Positions 9,965 to 18,709 of a stretch of DNA of 32,145 nucleotides are shown here, one piece after another; the stretch's first letter is position 1, and each line of letters opens with the position of its first letter. The DNA lies in assembly GCA_027001995.1 (NCBI GenBank), contig JALTLO010000187.1:1-32145 (forward strand), read 5' to 3'. The stretch comes from Planctomycetota bacterium. Its GTDB lineage: Bacteria; Planctomycetota; GCA-002687715; DRQF01. Below the pieces are notes generated by a model. It did not search any database, was not told the origin of the DNA, and saw only the letters and a program-made list of their open reading frames with translations. Position numbers and translations under genes: made by a program.

Positions 9965-10501
9965 CTATCGGTCCCATGAAGAGTCTTTGATATCAAAACT
10001 CGTCACGTCTGCCCCAATCATGCCACCAGTCATGCCGCCGCTCCCAAACAAGTTGTTGGCGCCGGGGGAACCAGAGTCTTTGAAACCAACGACAAGACTG
10101 TCGAACCATTGATCGTGCCAACCTGAACCACAGTACATGGCTCCAAATGGCAATTCAGCCCTCTCCTTTGCCGGATTGTACGTAAAATCGGCTTTCACAA
10201 AATTAGTAATTCCGATTTCAATTCCCGAACCAATTTGGTCATCGCCGGAGAAAGAATCGTAGTCCCACATGTACAAAGGGTTGCTAAGATTGACAGTAAG
10301 TATCGTCGTCATTGCGGGCAAAGCGCACAATGCTTCATAGGAAGCGTGATCCATTCCAAGGAACATTGTCGGTTGCACCTTGGCAACGTTTCCTGACCCA
10401 ATTGAAATAATCCGAGGTTGAACAATAATCACTTGGTTTGATTGGCCAGTTTGACCATAGGCCGCGACACCGAACATGAAGATCATGATATACTTGAGCA
10501 C
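9965..10501 (-). CDS. Small secreted hypothetical protein (178 aa)
   Basis: RBS gaaggag before the GTG start. Signal peptide MLKYIMIFMFGVAAYG|Q. Two Cys. Contains a WDYDSFSGDDQIG segment reminiscent of a C2-like acidic loop. Confidence 0.85.
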   Translation of the reverse strand: MLKYIMIFMFGVAAYGQTGQSNQVIIVQPRIISIGSGNVAKVQPTMFLGMDHASYEALCALPAMTTILTVNLSNPLYMWDYDSFSGDDQIGSGIEIGITNFVKADFTYNPAKERAELPFGAMYCGSGWHDQWFDSLVVGFKDSGSPGANNLFGSGGMTGGMIGADVTSFDIKDSSWDR

Positions 10502-10788
10502 GTTGAATTTCTCCTTCTACTTTTCGCATGACAATTGCCGTCACTGTGAACACCATCAATGCGGATCAATTCCGCACTCAGACGCCCAAGAAATCCGGCA
10601 AGCCTATTTTTGGTTTGGTTGATGGACGCCCTTGCCCACCTCTTCATCCAATGAGCAGCTTGCAAGAGGAGTCAAGAGGAGTCTTAGAATATTTTCGATT
10701 ATACGGCCGTGGCAAGTTTTCCCGAAAAACTAGTTGCTCCAGGCGTGTCCGATTCCTTCGCCCAAAGTTGCAGCGGGGTACGCCCGCA

Positions 10789-12741
10789 CTAGCGGTTGGC
10801 TTGCCAAAGGATGCGGAGCTCATCGGTTTCTAAGTTGTAGCTGGCGAGTTTGTCTTTGTTCCACAGAAGTAGGGTGCACGCACCGATCCATCTGGAATTG
10901 ATGCTACCGAGGCCATAGCGGCCACCGCCGACTAGTCCAAGCTCCCTTAGCTGAGCAATCCTCTGGGGCGCAATGACGTTTTCAAGAGTATCCGTTTGCC
11001 AATAGTTGGCGCTTTGATTATTTGATCGGAGAATCAAGTTGAATCGACCATCTGGGGATCGAGTCGAGGAGAACATTCCATAGGCCCCCCAAAGCCAAAC
11101 TCGATCACTCTCGTCTACTCGAGACTTGAAATTGCCTGTCTCAAGATTGAGTACGCCAACATATTTCTTCTTCGCTTCCCCATCATAGGAGATCATCAGG
11201 TAATTAGGGTCGCCATCTCCTCTGACTTGTTGGATGGGCCATTGATCTTCGGCCACGGTGAAGACGCAACTCATTTGTTTGGTTTCTAAGTTCATGGCCA
11301 AAACACGAGCGCGATCCTCAGCCACATAATAGGCCATGCCATCGCGGGCAATAGGAACATCCATGTTCCTGGTCATCGTTGAGGACCTGATAAAAGCCCC
11401 TGGCAGATCAATGGTAGATTCTTCATGGCTAAACATGTCAACCAGGCGAACAGCGCAGCCCACGGTTTTCCGCCCAGGACGAATCACGTCACCCATGACC
11501 CAATGCCCACGCCAAGGAACAACGCCGACGAAAGGGGGAGGCAGGTATTTCTTGGTCTTCCCTGTAGCCTCATCGAGAACAAAGATATGGTTGAGACCAG
11601 CCCAAGCTTTCAGTTGTCCTTGACGATAGACCTTGCCTTGGGGCACGCGGATTGTGGGGCCTTTCAGTCCACCGGATCTCAGCAGGCCATCTTTCGTTAG
11701 GACTCGGGTGTTCGCCGAATGTGTACGTTCGAAATTGCTCTCAACGAGGCTATGTGCATTGAGATCTGCCAAAGCAATGTCGTCACTTTCAAGACTTCGG
11801 GACAACATCACCATGGCTGGAAATAGAGACAGAATCTCGCCTGACTCAAAGTCGAGAATCGCCGTATGCTTACGAAAGTGACCAACACGTCCTAACTGCA
11901 GAACGATGCGTTTCTGATCGCGAAGAACAAGGGCCTCTTCAAGCACCAAATCCGGAGACGACATGTCGAATGTTTCCCATGCCCGCACCTCCCCTTGAAC
12001 CCAGGTTTGCCCGATAGGGAATGCCATCAGGAGAATCCCTATGGCAATCATCGCAGGGCGCAAAAAGCTGCGACGGTGCAAACGTCCAGCCAGAAAGACA
12101 AGAGCGGCGATGACAAAGAACAAAGGAGACAGCCAGGCTGCTCCTTGCAGCATCCCGGTGAAGAGGGCGTCCTCGCCGACATCATGGTAGGACAACCAGC
12201 TATAATGGAGCCAAATAACGCCAAAGAAATAGCCTACGCCAAGGGTCAAAGTCGCGACCACCGCCCCAGACCCCATGGGCAGGAGTATTGAGAAGAAAGT
12301 CGCAAAAGACAGCAAGGCCAGTTGCATCTGGACAAAGCGCAAGATGCTGAATTGCTCCAACTCGTTGGCAACAGAAAGTGGCAGCCAAACCTCACGACAA
12401 AGAAGTTCAACACCCACAACACAAAAGGAGACAAGAGATGCCAAAGCAAACAGAACCACGAACTTGGCTATCAAAACCGAACGGGCTTCGATACCATAGG
12501 ACGCCATGGTCCGCCGGCCCTTGCCACGCCATTCACGCCCGAATATCTGCCACGCTAAGAGTATGTGAATGATGGATGTCAAAGCCCAAGGGGCGGAGAC
12601 AAAAGCCTCTTCAAAGCTGAGGGAAATCCATGATGAGAGTGTCCAGCGAGCCAAGCCCATGACGAGCAAAGCGATGGCTGTGGCGACGATCACCAAACCT
12701 CTGGTGGCCCGCCACTCTCTTAAGATGAGTTGCTTCATCAT
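10789..12741 (-). CDS. ABC-2-type permease-like protein with a long C-terminal extracytoplasmic beta-rich (propeller-like) domain
   Basis: LILREWRA at the N-terminus, FGREW...VLIAKF motif, about 6-7 TM segments, then about 390 aa of beta-rich sequence. ATGA overlap with the upstream stop and a ggggag RBS place the start at 12741. Confidence 0.8.
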   Translation of the reverse strand: MMKQLILREWRATRGLVIVATAIALLVMGLARWTLSSWISLSFEEAFVSAPWALTSIIHILLAWQIFGREWRGKGRRTMASYGIEARSVLIAKFVVLFALASLVSFCVVGVELLCREVWLPLSVANELEQFSILRFVQMQLALLSFATFFSILLPMGSGAVVATLTLGVGYFFGVIWLHYSWLSYHDVGEDALFTGMLQGAAWLSPLFFVIAALVFLAGRLHRRSFLRPAMIAIGILLMAFPIGQTWVQGEVRAWETFDMSSPDLVLEEALVLRDQKRIVLQLGRVGHFRKHTAILDFESGEILSLFPAMVMLSRSLESDDIALADLNAHSLVESNFERTHSANTRVLTKDGLLRSGGLKGPTIRVPQGKVYRQGQLKAWAGLNHIFVLDEATGKTKKYLPPPFVGVVPWRGHWVMGDVIRPGRKTVGCAVRLVDMFSHEESTIDLPGAFIRSSTMTRNMDVPIARDGMAYYVAEDRARVLAMNLETKQMSCVFTVAEDQWPIQQVRGDGDPNYLMISYDGEAKKKYVGVLNLETGNFKSRVDESDRVWLWGAYGMFSSTRSPDGRFNLILRSNNQSANYWQTDTLENVIAPQRIAQLRELGLVGGGRYGLGSINSRWIGACTLLLWNKDKLASYNLETDELRILWQANR

Positions 12742-14726
12742 GGCGTGGTACTCCCCTTTAGTTGCCAAAGGACTTCAATTTTCTTGGTGCTTAGGTCTAA
12801 GACGCGGATGTCTCGTTTGCCTGGGAGGAAGACGCGCTTAGTCGTGGCGTCGTATTGAGAAGACAAATTTAAAACCTCCCCCCATGGGAGGCGACTCAAG
12901 ACGACATTGGTTTTCGTATTGCGAATGGTCACTTTCATTTCGCCGTCTTTTTTGTCCGTGTCGACGAAGAACTCATCGACACCAAAGGGCCAGAGCCTAA
13001 TCCATGGTTGAACATCAGCCCCGTCTTGGGCTTGCAACAGCCCCGTATCGGTGTTCAGTATTCCCCACGATTCTCTTCGGCCCACCTGCCGCTTCTTCCC
13101 ATGACTACGGGCGCCATAGACACACAAAATGTAGCCGCCTTGAGGTGAAACTCGGATGGTGTCCAAAGGGAACTGTTCTTGGGTGGCTTCAAACACAAGG
13201 GACACAGCTCGGGTCGTAAGATCGAGCTTCATGATGCGCTGGCGATCTTGGTGAATGTAGTAGACCGTTCCATCTCCTTGGAAGCCAATCGTTTGATCGA
13301 GAAGACTGTTCTGCCCCATGGCAATATCTGGGATGACAATACGCTCTTCCCCCGATTCAAAGATGGACCACAACTCCACCCCCATTTCAAGTATGCCCGG
13401 GTCTAATTGCCATTTCTTGGACACCACCCAGTACTTCTGCCAAGTGCGGATGGAGACGTTGCTATTGACCGGGTATTCCCGGGATGAGACCACACGGTTC
13501 TTCAACTTATCGAAAACAACGACTTTGCCTTTATTCCCAACCACGTAGGACAGAAGATTGCCTTGCCTCACGATCACATCTGGAGAAGCCGCCATGTGCT
13601 CTGCGGGAGAAGGAGCTTGGGGCTGGCTGATTGATCTTCCGTCTTGAGCAACCACCATGTCTAATTGAACTATTTGGGGTTCGGTCTTCTTTCTTCGTGA
13701 TGACGATCTTCCTCCGAGAGGAGATGAACTGGTATCAACCAGAACAAAGCGCTCGCGACCCACATCATAACCTCGCGCCCGTGCCTGCTGCTGAAAGGAG
13801 AGTTCTTCTCCACTTTGAGCATCGAGCAACAAGACGTGAGGGTTGGGAAGGCCCGGTCGGAACAAAGTGACATACAGGCGACCCCCGCCGCCCTTCTGAA
13901 AGCGAACCCCAGCAATGCTCAAGTCTTCATCGTCCAGCGATATTGTCTCGTGACGATGAACCATCCAAGCAGATACCCCTCCCACGGGGATCAAGCACAA
14001 AAGAAACATCACGGTAGCGACCAAGACCGAACGTAAGTGCTTGCGACGATGCAAATGCCCACCGATAAAAATGGCAAGAGACACAAATAGGAGGACGATT
14101 CCCAAAACCGGAGACGCAGCGAAGGCGATGGGTGTCAAGAGATCGTGATGAATGTCGCGATAGGCCAACCAATGATCAAAACTCAAAACAGTCAGAATGG
14201 GATAGCATATACTCAGCACCAAGGAGAGTGCGACAGCACCAGCTCCAGAAGGCACAAGACAACCTGTGCAAATCCCCAGACCGAAAATGAACACGGAATA
14301 CTGGATCAGATAGAGAGTTGTCCAGTTGTTGCCGAATGCGCCGAGCTTTTTGGGCTCAAGAAGATTGATCAAGACCTCGTTGCCCCCAATCAAGATGGCC
14401 ATCGACAAGACGCAAAGAAGAGTAGCCATGATCAGTTTGGCAGAGAAGACTTGGGCACGGCTAGCACTCAATCTCTTCAGCCAACGCTGACCACCCCCTG
14501 TCCATTCTCGCCCGAAAATGTGTTGGGTCACCATAAGCATGATGAACCAACCGAAGAACCACGGGACAGGGCGAGCCCCTTCCGTTGACAAAGCGGTAGC
14601 GAACCTCCAATTGGCGGCGATAGAAAGCGCTAAGAGGCCCAGGGCAGCTGGCAAAACGAAACAGAGAAGACGAAAGGCAGCTCGCCTTTCTCGGATGATG
14701 AGTTGTTTCAATGAGTCCAAAGTCAC
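12738..14726 (-). CDS. ABC-2-type permease-like protein with a C-terminal beta-rich domain (paralog of 10789-12741)
   Basis: LIIRERRA and FGREW...QVFSAKL motifs, same TM pattern. GHLHRR vs GRLHRR and IEVLWQ vs LRILWQ are shared with its neighbour. GTGA coupling to the ATPase gene. Confidence 0.8.
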   Translation of the reverse strand: MTLDSLKQLIIRERRAAFRLLCFVLPAALGLLALSIAANWRFATALSTEGARPVPWFFGWFIMLMVTQHIFGREWTGGGQRWLKRLSASRAQVFSAKLIMATLLCVLSMAILIGGNEVLINLLEPKKLGAFGNNWTTLYLIQYSVFIFGLGICTGCLVPSGAGAVALSLVLSICYPILTVLSFDHWLAYRDIHHDLLTPIAFAASPVLGIVLLFVSLAIFIGGHLHRRKHLRSVLVATVMFLLCLIPVGGVSAWMVHRHETISLDDEDLSIAGVRFQKGGGGRLYVTLFRPGLPNPHVLLLDAQSGEELSFQQQARARGYDVGRERFVLVDTSSSPLGGRSSSRRKKTEPQIVQLDMVVAQDGRSISQPQAPSPAEHMAASPDVIVRQGNLLSYVVGNKGKVVVFDKLKNRVVSSREYPVNSNVSIRTWQKYWVVSKKWQLDPGILEMGVELWSIFESGEERIVIPDIAMGQNSLLDQTIGFQGDGTVYYIHQDRQRIMKLDLTTRAVSLVFEATQEQFPLDTIRVSPQGGYILCVYGARSHGKKRQVGRRESWGILNTDTGLLQAQDGADVQPWIRLWPFGVDEFFVDTDKKDGEMKVTIRNTKTNVVLSRLPWGEVLNLSSQYDATTKRVFLPGKRDIRVLDLSTKKIEVLWQLKGSTTP

Positions 14727-15604
14727 AGCTTGCGCCCTCCGGTGGCTGCGAGGAATGCTTCCTTCAGGTCAACGGGCGGCAAAGGTGATAACTCTTCCAC
14801 CCCAGGAATGTCGATAGCTTCGATATCGACGTCCCCAAACCAGGTGAGTTTCACTTCCCGGCCTAAGCGCTCAATGGAGGTGGGCCCTTCAATGAGGGTG
14901 TGATCAAAATCTTCTGCAACTCGACCTAAGAACTGATGGGTACGGGCTCGCAGGTCATCGAGTTCGGCGGCAAAAGACACGGCACCCTGATGAAGAACAA
15001 CGACGCGATCTGCCACGCGCTCGATCTCATCGAGGTCGTGACTCGCTATGATGATGGCGCGATCGCTGTCGACCTGTCGCACGACTTCGGCCAAGATTTC
15101 ATCTCGGATGCCACAATCGAGCCCATCGAAAGGCTCGTCCAAAACCAAAAGTTTCGGGGCATGGGCGAGTGCCACCACCAAGGCAAGTTTGGTGCGCATA
15201 CCACGAGAAAGGTGCTTCACTCTCTTGCGGCGATCTAAGTCAAAATTTTTGCACAACCTATCGGTCTCAGACCAACTCCATGAGTGATACATAGAGCCAA
15301 AGAAAGTCAGAATCGATTCGACCTTCTCATGAGGATCAAACCAAGGATCGGCCTCAACGTAGCCAAGATGTTGGCGAACCTCTGGGCCTTTCTTCCATGG
15401 GTTCATACCCAAGACTTCGATCTCGCCGCCGTTGGGTGGAAGAAGACCAATGATGCAGTCCAACAACGTTGACTTGCCGGCGCCATTGCGGCCCAGAAGT
15501 GCAGTGACACTTCCAGCAGGCACATGGATGTCGATGTCATTCAACGCTCGATGGCGACCATGGTTGAGCACAAGCTTGTGGATAGCGACGTGGTTTTCAG
15601 TCAT
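14723..15604 (-). CDS. ABC transporter ATP-binding protein (YtrB-like)
   Basis: Walker A GRNGAGKST, signature LSRGM, Walker B LLVLDEP, H-loop ASH. The ATG at 15604 overlaps the GntR stop. Confidence 0.95.
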   Translation of the reverse strand: MTENHVAIHKLVLNHGRHRALNDIDIHVPAGSVTALLGRNGAGKSTLLDCIIGLLPPNGGEIEVLGMNPWKKGPEVRQHLGYVEADPWFDPHEKVESILTFFGSMYHSWSWSETDRLCKNFDLDRRKRVKHLSRGMRTKLALVVALAHAPKLLVLDEPFDGLDCGIRDEILAEVVRQVDSDRAIIIASHDLDEIERVADRVVVLHQGAVSFAAELDDLRARTHQFLGRVAEDFDHTLIEGPTSIERLGREVKLTWFGDVDIEAIDIPGVEELSPLPPVDLKEAFLAATGGRKL

Positions 15605-16005
15605 CGTGTTGACCTTTCGATTGAGGCAGGGTCTGCTTCGAGCAGCAACCCTTCTAAAAGTGTGTGGACATCTGCGCCTTCTAGGCCACATTGCCGAGCT
15701 TTCTGGATCAGATCGCCGGCAAGCTCCTGAAGGTTTGTCCTCAGTTCGCTACGAGCCTTCGATTCGGCTTTATGGGACACGAGCATCCCAGAGCCTCTTT
15801 TGGCCTCTAGGAATCCATCCCGTTCGAGGTCGCGATAGACTTTGGCAACGGTATTGGGGTTCACCAGGATCTCACTGGCCAATCCTCGGACACTGGGCAG
15901 CATGTCGCCCTGGCGATAGCGCTTGGCAACAAGGGCGGCCAAGATGTCTTGGCGTATCTGCACCGACATGGGAGCCGGTGATTTGGGATCGGGTTTCAGC
16001 CACAT
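15601..16005 (-). CDS. GntR-family transcriptional regulator, YtrA subfamily
   Basis: LPSVRGLASEILVNPNTVAKVYRDLERDG wHTH with a short C-terminus. First gene of an ABC operon. Confidence 0.95.
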   Translation of the reverse strand: MWLKPDPKSPAPMSVQIRQDILAALVAKRYRQGDMLPSVRGLASEILVNPNTVAKVYRDLERDGFLEAKRGSGMLVSHKAESKARSELRTNLQELAGDLIQKARQCGLEGADVHTLLEGLLLEADPASIERSTR

Positions 16006-16007
16006 AG

Positions 16008-16036
16008 CTGTACTATCGTGCTAGTGCAGTGGTCAA
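16008..16036 (-). promoter_or_regulatory. YtrA-type operator palindrome with an adjacent -35-like box; probably a leaderless autoregulated promoter
   Basis: ctgtacta-tcgtgc-tagtgcag (16008-16029, 7/8 inverted) lies 2 nt from the ATG. TTGACC on the minus strand at 16036-16031. No SD. Confidence 0.7.
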
Positions 16037-16110
16037 CTTGAGGAGATTGTCATCGTTGGGAATCCTTGCCAAGCTGAAGAAATGAAGAGATGTGGCCGAG
16101 AATCCGGTCA

Positions 16111-16215
16111 GACATACGGTACCCGGTCAGATTCGCCAGTTTGTATCGCGGTAGCGATCGCAGGAAACAAGAAATCGTTGAAGGTTGATGGTGAGTTGAC
16201 CGGGTACCATATGTC
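16111..16215. repeat. REP-doublet/MITE-like inverted repeat, copy A
   Basis: Left arm gacatacggtacccggtcagattcgccagttt. The right arm ends tgaccgggtaccatatgtc (18/19 complementary). The left arm nearly matches the arms at 30301-30385. Confidence 0.8.
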
Positions 16216-16405
16216 AACCCACAGGCTCCCTGTGAACGCTTCACTTCGGGGATCACTCCACGACGCGCCACTACTCGGTTCCATATTGTGGTTGCCCTTG
16301 TCTGGAAGGGATTGTGTGGTTTCAAGCAAAGTTTCAAAGATCACATCATGTCATCAAATCCTCTTTGACCGAGCTTGGCCTGGGGCACGGGTACCGTACC
16401 ACACT

Positions 16406-18007
16406 CTACAACCTCACTCCCATGGCAAACGTCCCTTGCGATAGCTGCCTAAAATCAATTTCCCGACTCTTCACGATTCGACCAGCTGCGTCGACCCGCG
16501 AAAGCACATATCTTCCACAGCGCAAACTGCCAATGTGAAAGACCGATAAGTTGGTGGGAGAGAAACTCTGGGGGGAAGCAAACCGAAATCGGTCAATCTT
16601 CAACGTTTCCCCTTCTTTCAACCGCACATCAAATGTCACGTCAATTGAATACCCGGGTTCAAGTTGGAGAACAACATCTCGCGAAGTGGTCCAAACATCC
16701 TGCCATGGTTTATCGATAGATCCGAAGAAAGAAAATCCATCTCTCTGCCCAGGTGGTAGCAACCAAACCGCCGCTTTGAGCCGCACCGAGTTCCTCGGAA
16801 TGGCCGGGAGTACAAAACCGCCAATGGAGTTGGTTTGAGCATTCAGTGACCGCCATTCCTTCTCATTCAGCGGATTCCGATATTGTGCCGTGACGGTCAC
16901 GTCCCCTACACCTTGGCCTGTGGGGCCGAGGACGCGGCCCCGAATTCCCTTTCCCGCAAGATTGACATGGGCTCTCACTTCGCACTCACTATTCTCAACG
17001 ACTTCGATACGGTCGTTCGTTAAGAAGGCGGGATGTGCGGAATTGACTGAAACCTGATACTCGCCCGCAGGCAAAGAAGCCGTCTGCATATGCTTGTCAC
17101 GGCTCACAGAAACGAGGACCGGGGGCCCATTCGCATGAGGTCCCAAGGGAAAAAACGTTAGTTGCACATGATAATCTTCTTCAGACAAATCGCCAAACAT
17201 CTGGGCAACTACTTTGACAGTTCCGTTCTCAATCAACGTTAAGTCAATGACATTTTCCTGATTGGAAGCAACAATGAACGGAACGCTTCTTGTTGCCCTC
17301 ACCTGAGGAGTTGTACTCGCCGTCGGGGTGGATTCTACCCAAACTCTTCCCGACGGTAGGCGCTCGAAACTGCATTCGCCGTTGCTGTCCGTTACGCCTT
17401 TGACGCGGCGCCCCAACTCTTCAACTACTCCAATATGCAACCCTGCGACTGGATGCCCAGATGAATTCAGAGCGCGAACTCTGAGCACCGCTGTACATTC
17501 AGCTAGAGAAATTTTTAGGTCCCGCTCTCCGACACTCGGCAGGATCTTGATCCCCTGATGGACTTCTGAGTATTCCGGGATGGAGCCACGACGACGGTTA
17601 ACGACGACATGAACCGCCTCACTATTTGTTGCCACAGAGAAAAGGCCCTTGGAGTTCGTCGAACCAACCGAAACGAGATTGGAACTTTCGATCGAAAGTT
17701 CATCTCTCAGGACGACAACCTCAACACTTTCGATCGGTTCATTGCTCTCATCCACGACCCAAACCCTGAGAAATGTTTGGTGTTTGCCATCCAAGTCTGA
17801 AGCTCTTCTTCCTGTCTTGCGGACATCCACGATGTTCGCCTCGGGCTTTCCGCCTATAGGAGATGATGATCGTTTGACCGAAGTTGCTGGATCTGTTTTC
17901 GGAACGTGGCTCCCGAGTAAGCTATCAGAAGGGGTCTCGGGAAGAACAAATGCCACAAAAATGCCGAACATGACAACAATCAAGAGCGTCGCAATTCTCG
18001 CTCTCAT
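16406..18007 (-). CDS. Membrane-anchored protein with multiple carboxypeptidase-regulatory-like domains
   Basis: 533 aa from the ATG at 18007 (ATGA overlap). TM helix IATLLIVVMFGIFVAFVL. Repeats VVDESNEPIESVEV, ALNSSGHPVAGLHI...TDSNGECSFERLPSG, IRGRVLGPTGQGVGDVTV. Confidence 0.88.
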   Translation of the reverse strand: MRARIATLLIVVMFGIFVAFVLPETPSDSLLGSHVPKTDPATSVKRSSSPIGGKPEANIVDVRKTGRRASDLDGKHQTFLRVWVVDESNEPIESVEVVVLRDELSIESSNLVSVGSTNSKGLFSVATNSEAVHVVVNRRRGSIPEYSEVHQGIKILPSVGERDLKISLAECTAVLRVRALNSSGHPVAGLHIGVVEELGRRVKGVTDSNGECSFERLPSGRVWVESTPTASTTPQVRATRSVPFIVASNQENVIDLTLIENGTVKVVAQMFGDLSEEDYHVQLTFFPLGPHANGPPVLVSVSRDKHMQTASLPAGEYQVSVNSAHPAFLTNDRIEVVENSECEVRAHVNLAGKGIRGRVLGPTGQGVGDVTVTAQYRNPLNEKEWRSLNAQTNSIGGFVLPAIPRNSVRLKAAVWLLPPGQRDGFSFFGSIDKPWQDVWTTSRDVVLQLEPGYSIDVTFDVRLKEGETLKIDRFRFASPQSFSPTNLSVFHIGSLRCGRYVLSRVDAAGRIVKSREIDFRQLSQGTFAMGVRL

Positions 18008-18619
18008 CGTGTCACACCAAGACCGACAATGTCGAGTCTCTTCCAACGAATATCGATGTAGTTGGAAGGATCGTGACCGATGATCCGCAACAGAATCACG
18101 CGCTGAGGAACATGTCGATTCGCACCGTATTCCAGAAGATAAGTCGCACCAATTTTGGCTTCTCCTGTTTTTACGCCCCCCGAAAGGTCTTCGGTATCAA
18201 TTTCAGCGAGAAGCGAACCAGAATGAGGATTCACGATACCTTTATCGTTTCGAAAAATCTCTTGAAAAATCGAACGGCCATGGTGAATTACAGGGGGTAA
18301 CATTGTCAATTTTGTTTTTGCCCCTCCCGACATACCAATCGCCAAAACGTTCTTTCCACCATAACGGCCGAAAGTGATGTCTGTTCCCAATGTCCTGAGT
18401 TCATTCTTGCAGAATAACCGCGTGTTGCCCCAGGAAGAAATTGTACGCGTTGGTAACTTCATCAAAACGCCGAAGACGGACAATTTTCCCAATTGAAGGC
18501 GGCGCGTCAGCGGGTGACACAGTGTCGGCTGCGATGTGAACTGCACGGTCATTTTTTTCTGAACACGCAAGAACGAGTAGGAGTGGGCCCAAGCAAATAA
18601 GAGATGATCGATACTTCAA
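18004..18619 (-). pseudogene. Putative lipoprotein split by a 1-bp frameshift (pseudogene or sequencing error)
   Basis: TTG at 18619 with a ggag RBS and lipobox LLVLA-C. Removing one base from the C4 run at 18428-18431 joins ORFs 18401-18703 and 18004-18570 into about 204 aa. Confidence 0.6.
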
Positions 18620-18677
18620 CGGCCATTCACTCCAATCTTCAGAAATCCATTTCAATTTGAAGAAGGCATCTAATCTT

Positions 18678-18695
18678 ACAGCTTTCGAAAGCCGT
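18678..18695 (-). terminator. Hairpin downstream of the glycine-rich gene
   Basis: Minus strand acggctt-tcga-aagctgt (one G-U pair), 14 nt after the stop at 18710. Confidence 0.4.
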
Positions 18696-18709
18696 GCACA
18701 CAACTCTTG

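Noticed and set aside
7161..10878. The 100-bp repeat as a DGR template/variable repeat pair
   Set aside because: The orphan copy has no adenine at any of the four variable positions on either strand, and there is no reverse transcriptase in the window.
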